From Eledone cirrhosa (taxonomy: Eukaryota), in contig OZ024766.1 of assembly GCA_964016885.1 (NCBI GenBank), positions 21,452,001-21,516,000 on the forward strand: a stretch of DNA of 64,000 nt, written 5' to 3'. Positions 1 through 14,300 of the stretch are shown here, one piece after another. Under the pieces are notes generated by a model. It saw nothing but the letters and a program-made list of their open reading frames with translations, was not told the DNA's origin and made no database searches. Within the stretch, counting starts at the first letter, position 1, and every line of letters starts with the position of its first letter. A program made the position numbers and the translations under genes.

Positions 1-235
1 AGTGGTCGTGGAGGTGCCACGGCAAAAAAGCACCCAGCACTCACTGTAAAGTGGTCGTGGAGGTGCCACAGCAAAAAAGCACCCAGCCCACACTGTAAAG
101 TGGCCGTGGAGGTGCCACAGCAACAAAGCACCCAGCACTCACTGTAAAGTGGTCGTGGAGGTGCCATGGCAAAAAAGCACCCAGCCCTCACTGTAAAGTG
201 GTCGTGGAGGCGCCACAGCAAAAAAGCCCCTAGCA
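1..235 (+). mobile_element. SINE internal 49-bp repeat array (partial)
   Basis: aagtggtcgtggaggtgccacggcaaaaaagcacccagcactcactgta units. Confidence 0.8.
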
Positions 236-376
236 CAATGAAACACACGTGTTTCATTGTATGCATTATACATAAGTCTTGGATCACTAATATTTGATTA
301 TTGTAATATATATATATTTATATATTTATATATAGAAAATATATACATTACTCTGCTCATGTTTTTCATCTTACAG

Positions 377-558
377 GTACATTTGTATTTGAGAATCTCG
401 ACCGAATTGCCGTGGCCTTTAAATACTACATCGGTGTGATCCATTCTGGACCCGTCTACCCAGAATACACCCTGTTTACAGAACAGGTGAATCATTATCT
501 GCAGCTTCCACCCTTCAACCACAGAAACCCTTACAATGCCATCAACATAAACAAGATT
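377..558 (+). CDS. rGC exon, ectodomain
   Basis: ttacag|...att|gtaagt; [17 protein letters not shown]...NINKI. Confidence 0.8.
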
Positions 559-679
559 GTAAGTTTCATTCATCGTAAACTTCGGAGCAACGTTTCATAA
601 ACTATTTGCTTTTGTTAGGCAATTTTTTTTTTCCATTCTTTTAATCTTTCACCAGTTCTTACCGTGGAATACTCGACCA

Positions 680-749
<70 letters not shown>

Positions 750-3700
750 GTGAGGTAAAGCCTTTACTGTGACAATACAATAGTATATATAGAGTAATGT
801 AAATGTTATGTGAGATATTATGTGAGATAAAGCCTTTACTGTGACAATACAATAGTATATATAGAGTAATGTAAATGTTATGTGAGGTATTATGTGAGGT
901 AAAGCCTTTACTGTGACAATACAATAGTATATATAGAGTAATGTAAATGTTATGTGAGGTATTATGTGAGGTAAAGCCTTTACTGTGACAATACAATAGT
1001 ATATATAGAGTAATGTAAATGTTATGTGAGGTATTATGTGAGGTAAAGCCTTTACTGTGACAATACAATAGTATATATAGAGTAATGTAAATGTTATGTG
1101 AGATATTATGTGAGGTAAAGCTTTTACTGTGACAATACAATAGTATATATAGAGTAATGTAAATGTTATGTGAGGTATTATGTGAGGTAAAGCCTTTACT
1201 GTGACAATACAATAGTATATATAGAGTAATGTAAATGTTATGTGAGATATTATGTGAGGTAAAGCCTTTACTGTGACAATACAATAGTATATATAGAGTA
1301 ATGTAAATGCTATGTGAGATGTTATGTGAGGTAAAGCCTTTACTGTGACAATACAATAGTATATATAGAGTAATGTAAATGTTATGTGAGATATTATCCA
1401 TATTTTTTTGGGGTCTGTTTTTTTATCTATCTCTCCATAGTTACGACCAGAGGCAGCCTATTTATACGATGCTGTGAAACTATATGCTGAAGCAGCTCAT
1501 GAAACCTGGAAGGATGGCAAACCCGTAAGTGATGGCCAGGAGATATTCAACAAAATCCAGAGACGGACATTTAAAAGTAAGGGCCTTGTCACCCTACCCC
1601 TCTTCCTGTTTTTTGACACCCACCCTATCTGAGTTGGCCCCTAGTCCTAAATATATACTCACATCGTGTCGGTCACTAGAAATATGGTAATGAAAGGGTT
1701 AAAGTGTTTATATTTATGTAAGAACCTTTGTTAAGTTATGTTCCATTAGAAATATGGTAATGAAAGGGTTAAAGTGTTTATATTTATCTAAAAACCTTCC
1801 ATCATAATTTTATGTAAGAACCTTTGTTAAGTTATGTTCCAGTAGAAATATGGTAACGAAAGGGTTAAAGTATTTATATTTATGTAAGAACCTTTGTTAA
1901 GTTATGTTCCATTAGAAATATGGTAATGAAAGGGTTAAAGTGTTTATATTTATCTAAAAACCTTCCATCATAATTTTATGTAAGAACCTTTGTTAAGTTA
2001 TGTTCCATTAGAAATATGGTAATGAAAGGGTTAAAGTGTTTATATTTATCTAAAAACCTTCCATCATAATTTTATGTAAGAACCTTTGTTAAGTTATGTT
2101 CCATTAGAAATATGGTAATGAAAGGGTTAAAGTGTTTATATTTATCTAGAAACCTTCCATGATAATTTTATGTAAGAACCTTTGTTAAGTTATGCTCCAT
2201 TAGAAATATGGTAATGAAAGGGTTAAAGTGTTTATATTTATGTAAGAACCTTTGTTAAGTTATGCTCCATTAGAAATAAGGTAATGAAAGGGTTAAAGTG
2301 TTTATATTTGTCTAAAAACCTTCCATCATAATTTTATGTAAGAACCTTTGTTAAGTTATGCTCCATTAGAAATAAGGTAATGAAAGGGTTAAAGTGTTTA
2401 TATTCATCTAAAAAACCTTACATCATGATTTTACGTAAGAACCTTTGTTAAGTCATGTTCCATTAGAATACCTTACCTTACCACACCACATCACATTATA
2501 CTCTACTATAAATTTAAACATGCCCCTAACCTCTTCGTTCTCTCCCTTCCACAGGTGCTAGTGGGCTCTTTTTCCGAATAAACTCTAACGGAGATGTTGA
2601 AGGGAACTTCTCTCTTGTAGCCCGGCGCTACACAGCAACAAAGGGCTGGGGTTTGTACCCAGTAGGGGTTTTTCTCCTCAGTAAGAATATCACAGGACAT
2701 CCGGTAAGAATTAACGGCTGATATATATTTTTACCTGCTCCTTCGCTTCCCAACTTTACATGGGTTAACAGGGCAGAACAGGGCTGTGAGTGTTGGGCTG
2801 GGGGGGTTAACATTTTAAAATTAAGCTTACATGGGACCAGTGGTTGATTCATCATCATCATCATCATCATCACCATTTTACGTCCGTTCTTCCACGCTAG
2901 CATGGGTTAGACGGGTTGTCCTGTTGTGTGCAGTGTCTGGTCGGCTGACCATGCCTTGCTCATACAGGAACTGATCTGGCTTGATTTCTACAGCTGGATG
3001 CCCGTCCTAACACCAACCTCATTTACAGTGAGTGCTGGGTGCTTTTTCGTGGCGCTTACACGTCCACTTTACAGTGTGGGCTGGGTGGGTGCTTTTTTGC
3101 TGTGACACCTCCACGACCACTTTACAGTGAGTGCTGGGTGCTTTTTCGTGGCGCCTACACGTCCACTTTACAGTGTGGGCTGGGTGCTTTTTTGCCGTGG
3201 CACCTCCACGACCACCTTGCGGTGGGGGTGTGGGGGCATATTGTTTATATGCTTCAGCATGTACCCATGGGAGGTCGGGTACTCTGTATTACTGCGTGAC
3301 GCCAGATTATCTCATTATATCAAAAGTTTCTTTCAAGTCTGGAGTCCCAAGCTCGTGTTTATCCTGGTTTCTGTGACATTAAGTGACTATTCAATTTGTG
3401 ATTTTTGCATTCTTGCAATAATATACACAACTGAATTCGTTCGCCTTAAATAAGGGTTGCCTCCCTTGCCGATCCCCATGTGGGGTCAGTAATAGTCATT
3501 TCTTAAATTAGCATTGAACTAAAACCTGTTGAAAAAGTGGCTTCCTTGTTCAATCATCTTACCAGAAGACTAACTCTATTTATGTAAGCGGCCAGTACTT
3601 GATTAGGAGTTGCAGAAACCCAAATGCTGGATTTTACCAACCATCCAGGGGTCTGGGTAAATTTTCAATCACATATATTTTTAACTTGTTTGACCCGAAT

Positions 3701-5085
3701 TACTTGATCGTTTTTTGGGGGTTGTGCGGATGATTGTTTAACCATCGTCTCAGTGTGTTTGGCCTTTACGTATGTTGTAGCTCTGGTTCTTCTGAATCAT
3801 TGAGCACTTGCCACACATCTCGGAGTTGTTTTTCGTTATTTCATAGGCCGAAATAGGATTCTCGATAATTTATATTTATATAATTAAGTATATATAATGT
3901 ATATAAATTAAGTATATATAATATTAAGTATATATAATGTTATATAATTAAGTATATATAATGTTATATAAATTAAGTATATATAATATTAAGTATATAT
4001 AATGTTATATAATTAAGTATATATAATGTTATATAATTAAGTATATATATATATATATATAATGTTATATAATTAAGTGTATATAATGTTATATAATTAA
4101 GTATATATATATTAATGTATATAATTAAGTATATATAATGTTATATAATTAAGTATATATATAATGTTATATAATTAAGTATATATATAATGTTATATAA
4201 TTAAGTATATATAATGTTATATAATTAAGTATATATAATGTTATATAATTACGTATATATATATAGTGTTATATAATTAAGTATATATAATGTTATATAA
4301 TTAAGTATATATAATGTTATATAATTAAGTATATATAATGTTATAATATTAAGTATATATAATGTTATATAATTAAGTATATATAATATTAAGTATATAT
4401 AAATTTGATTTATTGACTTAATGTCTCTCTCCCTCTCTCTTTCTTTCTCTCTCTCGCTCTTCTCTCTTTCTCTCTCCCCACTCCCCCTATCTCTCGCTCT
4501 CTCCCTCTGCCCCTCTCACCCTCCTTCCCCATCTCCCCTCCTATATCTTTCCCTCTCTCTCTCTCTCTCTCTCCCTCCATAACCACCTAAATCTCTCCCT
4601 CTCTCTATCTCTCCTTGTCTCTCCCCCCCCTTCCCCCTATCCCCTCTCCTATATCTTTCCCTCTCTCTCTCTCCCTCCCTAACCACCTAAATCTCTCCCT
4701 CTCTCTCTATCTCTCCTTGTCTCCCCCCCCCTTCTTCCCCCTATCCCCTCTCCTATATCTTTCCCTCTCTCTCTCTCTCTCCCTCCATAACCACCTAAAT
4801 CTCTCCCTCTCTCTCTATCTCTCCTTGTCTCTTCCCCCCCCCTTCTTCCCCCTATCCCCTCTCCTATATCTTTCCCTCTCTCTCTCTCTCCCTCCCTAAC
4901 CACCTAAATCTCTCCCTCTCTCTCTATCTCTCCTTGTCTCTTTCCCCCCTCCTTCCCCCTATCCCCTCTCCTATATCTTTCCCTCTCTCTCTCTCTCCCT
5001 CCCTAACCACCTAAATCTCTCCCTCTCTCTCTATCTCTCCTTGTCTCTTCCCCCCTCCTTCCCCCTATCCCCTCTCCTATATCTT

Positions 5086-5123
<38 letters not shown>

Positions 5124-5494
5124 CCTAACCACCTAAATCTCTCCCTCTCTCTCTATCTCTCCTTGTCTCTTTCCCCCCTCCTTCCCCCTATCCCCTCTCC
5201 TATATCTTTCCCTCTCTCTCTCTCTCTCCCTCCCTAACCACCTAAATCTCTCCCTCTCTCTCTATCTCTCCTTGTCTCTTTCCCCCCTCCTTCCCCCCAT
5301 CCCCTCTCCTATATCTTTCCCTCTCTCTCTCTCTCTCTCTCCCTCCCTCCCTAACCACCTAAATCTCTCCCTCTCTCTCTATCTCTCCTTGTCTCTTCCC
5401 CCCCCTTCCCCCTATCCCCTCTCCTATATCTTTCCCTCTCTCTCTCTCTCTCCCTCCCTAACCACCTAAATTTCCCCATCTCCCCTCCTATATC

Positions 5495-5556
<62 letters not shown>

Positions 5557-8500
5557 CCCTCCCTCCCTAACCACCTAAATCTCTCCCTCTCTCTCTATCT
5601 CTCCTTGTCCCTTTCCCCCCTCCTTCCCCCTATCCCCTCTCCTATATCTTTCCCTCTCTCTCTCTCTCTCTCTCCCTCTCTCTACCCCTCCTTGTCTATC
5701 CCCCCCCTTCCCTCTCACTCTCTACAGACATTCCACCTGTACGAAGGAGAGGAAATACTCTGGCCTGATGGGAAGACACCCCCACTAGATGAACCCCCCT
5801 GTGGGTATAGGGGGCAGCGGTGTATCCCTCCTAAAAGTAGGTACCCTCGACATTATCGCCACCACCGCCACCGCACCACCACGCCACCGCCACCACCACC
5901 GCCACCACTACCACTACAACACCACCACCACCATCACTACAACACCACCACCACCATCACCACCACCACTACAACACCACCACCAGCACCACCACCATCA
6001 CCACCACCACTACAACACCACCACCACCACCACCATCACCACCACCACTACAACACCACCACCATCACCACCACCATCACCACTACAACACCACCACCAC
6101 CACCACTACAACACCATCACCACCACCACCACTACACCACCACCACCACTACACCACCACCACCACCACCACTACAACACCACCACCACCACCACTACAA
6201 CACCACCACCACCACCACTACAACACCACCACCACCACCACTACAACACCACCACCACCACCACTACAACACCATCACCACCACCACCACTACAACACCA
6301 TCACCACCACCATCACTACAACACCACCACCACCATCACCACCACCACCATCACTACAACACCACCACCACCACCACCACTACAACACCACCACCACCAC
6401 CACTACAACACCACCACCACCACCACAACACCACAACACCACCACCACCACCATCACCACCACCACCATCACTACAACACCACCACCACCATCACCACCA
6501 CCACCACTACAACACCACCACCACCATCACCACCACCACCACTACAACACCACCACTGCCATCACCACCACCACCGCCATCACCACCACCACCATCACCA
6601 CCAAACCACCACCACTACAACACCACCACCACCACAACACCACAACACCACCACCACCAACACCACAACACCACCACCACCATCACCACCACCACCACTA
6701 CAACACCGCCACCACCACTACCACACTACACCACCACCACCACTACCACTACAACACCACCACCACCACCACCATCACCACCACCACTACAACACCACCA
6801 CCACCACCACCACCACCACTGCCATCACCACCACCACCGCCATCACCACCACCACCATCACCACCAAACCACCACCACTACACCACCACCACCACCACTA
6901 CAACACCACCACCACCACCACCACAACACCACAACACCACCACCACCACTACACCACCACCACAACACCACCACCACTACAACACCACCACCACCACCAC
7001 TCTGTATGTATATATATAGGGTGTGTGTGAGTGAGTATATATATATATATATATATACACATTATATATATATACACACACATTATATATATATATATAT
7101 ACATATATACGCACAACACACAACACACACATATATATATACATACATATATACATTATATCTTCTGACAGATTACATTCGAGAAATCATAGGTGGCGTT
7201 GTGGGCAGTATAGCTATTATAGTTATTTTCTTCCTGGTGGTGATTTACAGGTAAGTGACTTACCTATTAATTTTACCTTGATGTGGGGGTCTTCATCCAT
7301 TCCAAAATATGTCTGTGTGTATATATATATATATATATCTATATATATATATATATATATATATCTAAGGCGAGTAAAATTCCCGAGATCCATGGACGAG
7401 TTCTCTCCACCGGTCTCTGTCCCTCATTATCGCTGCCATGTCCTGCGTCTCCAACAGACCAGTGTCTGTCCTTAGGGCATCAACATACGTCAACCTCGGT
7501 CTCCCTCTTCCAGTGTGTCCATGTAGGGGCTCCCACAGGAGCACTGAGTGCAGTGTCAACTCTGGATGTCGGTGAGCATGTCCAGCTAACCTCGGTCTCC
7601 CTCTTCTAGTGTGTCCATGTAGGGGCTCCCACATTGCTGTAGTGGAGTCTGTGCTGCTGTACGGGTCTGAGACTTGGACACTGACCAAGAAACTCACTCA
7701 GATGGTGGATGGGTGCTACACGAGAATGCTGAGGATGGCTCGTTGCTGTAGTGGAGTCTGTGCTGCTGTACGGGTCTGAGACTTGGACACTGGCCAAGAA
7801 ACTCACTCAGGTGGTGGATGGGTGCTACACGAGAATGCTGAGGATGGCTCGTTGTTGTAGTGGAGTCTGTGCTGCTGTACGGGTCTGAGACTTGGACACT
7901 GACCAAGAAACTCACTCAGATGGTGGATGGGTGCTACACGAGAATGCTGAGGATGGCTCGTTGCTGTAGTGGAGTCTGTGCTGCTGTACGGGTCTGAGAC
8001 TTGGACACTGACCAAGAAACTCACTCAGATGGTGGATGGGTGCTACACGAGAATGCTGAGGATGGCTCGTTGCTGTAGTGGAGTCTGTGCTGCTGTACGG
8101 GTCTGAGACTTGGACACTGACCAAGAAACTCTCTCAGATAGTGGATGGGTGCTACACGAGAATGCTGAGGATGGCTCGTTGCTGTAGTGGAGTCTGTGCT
8201 GCTGTACGGGTCTGAGACTTGGACACTGACCAAGAAACTCACTCAGATGGTGGATGGGTGCTACACGAGAATGCTGAGAATGGCTCGTTGCTGTAGTGGA
8301 GTCTGTGCTGCTGTACGGGTCTGAGACTTGGACACTGACCAAGAAACTCACTCAGATGGTGGATGGGTGCTACACGAGAATGCTGAGGATGGCTCTGAAC
8401 ATTAATCAGTATACACTGAGGATGAAAAACTCAGAGCTGTATGGGAGTATCCAAAAGTCAGCTCAAAGTGACACAGAGGAGACTGAGGTTAGCTGGACAT

Positions 8501-9068
8501 GGTCACCGACATCCAGAGTTGACATATATATATATATATATCATAAATCATGTCCTTAGAATTATTAGATAAAATATATACCATTTCCTCTTCAATTAGC
8601 ATAATTAACCATATATATATATATATATATAAACATTTGTATTTGTAAAGCCAAAACAATGCAGGTATGGACATAGAATATAAATGCAAATGCAAAAGAT
8701 GTTGTTGACAATTAGTCTTTTACCTTAAATTTATTTAAATATCCTTAATTTTCGAGATAATATCTCTTCTTCGGAGGGAAGTAAAGTGGTTAAACCAGCG
8801 TCCTAAATAGATAAATTGCTAAATAGTTCTGTCAGCATGACTTTGCAAGCTATTTAGAACGCTGGTTTAACCACTTTACTTCCCTCCGAAAAAGAGATAT
8901 TATCTCGAAAATTAAGGATATTTAAATAAATTTAAGGTAAAAGACTAATTGTCAACAACATCTTTTGCATTTGCATTTATATTCTATATCCATACCTGCA
9001 TTGTTTTGGCTTTACAAATACAAACGTTTATACCTCATTACACAATGCTTCAAGTGAATTATAACTTC

Positions 9069-9140
<72 letters not shown>

Positions 9141-9568
9141 TTTCAATGCTATGATATCTTTTATCTATCTTCTCTAACATCTTTTTGCTTGGTATCTTTT
9201 GCACATGTATTACCTTAAAGAATATCTTTATATATAATAATTGTTTCTACTTTAGGCACAAGGCCAGCAATTACTCAGTGCATTACTGGTACTTTATTTT
9301 ATATATAATAATATCCTCAATATTTCACTCTTCACCATTGCTCTTTATACTGTGATATCTGTATAACATAATATCTTTATGTAACTCCTGCTTTTCAATA
9401 TGATGTGAAAGACACTGTCAATAGTTGTGTATCTTTATAAATGTTCTGAAGACTAGGATTTTAATTACTTGTTTAAACATTGTGTAAACTCTGATGATTC
9501 CATACATTTGTCTGGAAGAAACAATTGTCAGCAAATGTATTAAACTGAGATTTGATTGTTTTATATTT

Positions 9569-9619
<51 letters not shown>

Positions 9620-10346
9620 CCACCCTCTCTCGTCCCCCACCCCACAGGAACTGGAAATATGAGCAGGACCTGGCCAGCCTACTCTGGAAGATAGACTACA
9701 GGGAGATCACATTCCGAGAGCCATTGGGAACCACCCCACCCAGAGCCTTCCCAGGGTGAGTATATTTCTTTGTGAAGGGAGAGGAAGGGTTGCACAGCTG
9801 GGGCAGCCATTTAGGGCTCCTCTAGACCCCAGAAATTGGGTATTACTGAGCCTTAAAGGGTTGCACAGATGGGTCAGCCATTTAGGGCTCCTCTAGACCC
9901 CAGAAATGGGGTATTACTGAGCCTTAAAGGGTTGCAGGGCTGGTGCTTGCCTTAAGTCCAGCTGGGGCACATTATGAAGTCAGTGTGATGATGATGATGA
10001 CATATATATATGTGTGTGTGTGTGTGCCTATATATATATTATATATATGTGTGCGTATGCATATATATATATGCATCATATATATATATATATGATACAT
10101 ATATATATATATGCATCATATATATATATATGATGCATATATATATATATGTATTATATATATATATGCATCATAGTATATATATATATATACATATATA
10201 TATATCATCATATATATATATATTATACATATATATATATATGCATATATATATCATATATATATACATATATGTATATATATATATGTATATATATATA
10301 TATAGTATATATATATATACTATATATATACATATATGTATATATA

Positions 10347-10380
<34 letters not shown>

Positions 10381-10397
10381 TATATATATATATATAC

Positions 10398-10428
<31 letters not shown>

Positions 10429-10450
10429 CATATATACATAATATATATAC

Positions 10451-10527
<77 letters not shown>

Positions 10528-10999
10528 ATATACAAATATATATATACATATATACATATATATACATACATATATATATATATATTAAATATAATATATA
10601 TATCTTTCTCTCTCTCTCTTTTACCTCCCCTCCCCTCAACCCACCCCAACCCAACCCACCTCACCCCCACCCTCACCTCAAACCCTCCCTCCCACCCCCC
10701 CTCTCTCTCTACAGCCCTGGCTCAAGTCTCTGGGGGCCGGAGCCAACCTCCTGTCGAGGCGGGAAGCCGACACCTACATCCCGAGGGTGAACGGAGCGTT
10801 CTACTCGAGCCAGCTGTCCCTGGGATCCCACCTGGAGTTCGGAGAGATGCGCCCCCTCTATACCAGAGTGGGGACCTACAAGGGCCAGCTCGTGGCCATC
10901 AGGAGGGTCAACAAAAAGCACGTGGAGCTGACCCGTGCCGTCAGGAAGGAGCTGAAGATTGTGAGTTGCTTTCTTTCTCTCTCTCTCTCTATATATATG

Positions 11000-11088
<89 letters not shown>

Positions 11089-11155
11089 GTATATATATGT
11101 GTATATAGTGTATATATAGTGTATATATATGTGTATATAGTGTATATATAGTGTG

Positions 11156-11221
<66 letters not shown>

Positions 11222-11230
11222 CATACATAC

Positions 11231-11261
<31 letters not shown>

Positions 11262-11285
11262 CAAACTATATATACACTATATATA

Positions 11286-11325
<40 letters not shown>

Positions 11326-14300
11326 TATACACTATATATACACACTATATATACACTATATATACACCATATATATATATACACACTATATATACACTAT
11401 ATATATACACTATATATACACCATATATATATACTATATATACACCATATATATATACACACACCATATATACACCATATATATATATATATATATATAT
11501 ACACACTATATATACACTATATATACACCACATATATATACACCATATATATACACCATATATACACCATACACACTATATATACACCATATATATATAC
11601 ACACACTATATATACACCATATATACACCATATATATATATACACACTATATATACACCATATATATACACCATATATACACCATACACACTATATATAC
11701 ACCATATATATATATACACACTATATATACACTATATATACACCACACACACATATATATATATTTAAAACAATCTCTTTCTCTCCCCAGATTCGAGAAT
11801 TAAGGCACCCTAACATTAACCCTTTTATCGGGGCCTGTGTCGACGGACCTTACGTTCTTGTAATTGCTGAATACTGCTCAAAAGGAAGCCTGCAGGTATT
11901 ACCTCCCCTTACTCTTACCTCCCTTTAGTATTACCTCCCCTTAGTATTACCTCCCTTTAGTATTACCTCCCCTTAGTATTACCTCCCCTTACTATTACCT
12001 CCCTTTAGTATTACCTCCCCTTAGTATTACCTCCCCTTAGTTTCTATTGTATTTATATATGTGTCTTCCACATACGACCATCTCTTCGTAGTGTTTGTCA
12101 AATGTAATGTATAGTTGTTGTTGGTGTTGTTGTTGTTATTTGGGGAGGGGGGTGTTGTTTAGCCCTAGGTCTCTCCTGATCCACTAGACAACACACCTAC
12201 GATCAAACATCTTCCACATACGATCATCCCTCCGTAGTGTTTGTCAAATGTAATGTATAGTTGTTGTTGTTGTTGTTTGGGGTGTTGTTTAGCCCTAGGT
12301 CAGTCCTGGTTCACCAGAAAACACACCTACGATCAAACATCTTCCACACACGACCATCCCTTCGTAGTGTTTGTCAAATGTAATGTATAGTTGTTGTTGG
12401 TGTTGTTGTTGTTGTTGGTGTTTGGGGGGGGGGTTTAGCCCTAGGTCACTCCTGGTCCACTAGACAACACCTACGATCAAAGATCTTCCACACACGACCA
12501 TCCCTTCGTAGTGTTTGTTGTTGCTGTTGTTGTTGTTGGTGATGATGATGGTGTTGTTGTTGTTGGTGATGGTGATGATGGTGTGATGATGATGATGTTG
12601 TTTTGTTGTTGTTGTTGTAGGACATTCTAGAAAATGAGGAACTCCAGCTGGACAGGATGTTTACCGATTCCTTGGTACATGATATTATATTGGTGAGTAT
12701 AGAAGACCCTGGGATATGTAGCTGACACCTGGGTATATAACACCCTACAGGAGATCTACAATGTGTGGTTGTGTATTGAGCACCCTAAGATAGCTCTACA
12801 GTGTGTACCTGGGTATATAACACCCTAGGCTAGCTCTACAGTGTGTACCTGGGTATATAACACCCTAGGCTAGCTCTACAATGTGTACCTGGGTATATAA
12901 CACCCTAGGCTAGCTCTACAGTGTGTACCTGGGTATATAACATCCTAGGCTAGCTCTACAGTGTGTACCTGGGTATATAACACCCTAGGCTAGCTCTACA
13001 GTGTGTACCTGGGTATATAACACCCTAGGGTAGCTCTACAGTGTGTACCTGGGTATATAACACCCTAGGCTAGCTCTACAATGTGTACCTGGGTATATAA
13101 CACCCTAGGCTAGCTCTACAATGTGTACCTGGGTATATAACACCCTAGGCTAGCTCTACAATGTGTACCTGGGTATATAACACCCTAAGCTAGCTCTACA
13201 ATGTGTACCTGGGTATATAACACCCTAGACTAGCTCTACACTGTGTACCTGGGTATTTAACACCCTAGGCTAGCTCTACAATGTGTACCTGGGTATATAA
13301 CACCCTAGGCTAGCTCTACAGTGTGTACCTGGGTATATAACACTCTAAGCTAGCTCTACAATGTGTACCTGGGTATATAACACCCTAGACTAGCTCTACA
13401 GTGTGTACCTGGGTATTTAACACCCTAGGCTAGCTCTACAGTGTGTACCTGGGTATATAACACCCTAGACTAGCTCTACAGTGTGTACCTGGGTATATAA
13501 CACCCTAGACGAGCTCTACAATGTGTACCTGGGTATTTAACACCCTAGGCTAGCTCTACAATGTGTACCTGGGTATTTAACACCCACCCTAGACTAGCTC
13601 TACAATGTGTACCTGGGTATTTAACACCCTAGGCTAGCTCTACAGTGTGTACCTGGGTATCTAACACCCTAGGCTAGCTCTACAGTGTGTACCTGGGTAT
13701 TTAACACCCTAGGCTAGCTTTACAATGTGTACCTGGGTATTTAACACCCCAGGCTAGCTCTACAATGTGTGGTTGTGTATTGAGCACCCTAAGATAGCTC
13801 TACAATGTGTACCTGGGTATTTAGTACCCTAGGCACGATCGATTTGAGGATCGAACCTGATTCTGAAAATCGCAAGGTCCTCAGATACGGTCTGACAATT
13901 GAACTCCCAATCGAAAGGTTGTGAGTTCAATCCTCAGACCGGGTTATGTGTTGTTTCCTTGAGCAAGACACTTTATTTCACATTGCTCCAGTTTACTCAG
14001 CTGTAGAAATGAGATGATAGGGACTGGGGTCCCTATCATTCCACTGTAAAGTGGTCGTGGAGGTGCCACGGCAAAAGAGCACCCAGCCCTCACTGTAAAG
14101 TGGTCGTGGAGGTGCCACGGCAAAAAAGCACCCAGCACTCACTGTAAAGTGGTCGTGTAGGTACCACGGCAAAAAAGCACCCAGCACTCACTGTAAAGTG
14201 GTCGTGTAGGTACCACGGCAAAAAAGCACCCAGCACTCACTGTAAATGAGGTTGGTGTTAGGAAGGGCATCCAGCTGTAGAAATCAAGCCAAATCAGTTC

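Noticed and set aside
3240-3860. Possible degenerate LINE endonuclease fragment on the minus strand (VTETRI-like)
   Set aside because: Too decayed to support without an alignment.
5605-7254. 549-aa H/T/P-rich ORF (also 15344-17425)
   Set aside because: (CAC)n intron read-through; only the flanking exons are real.
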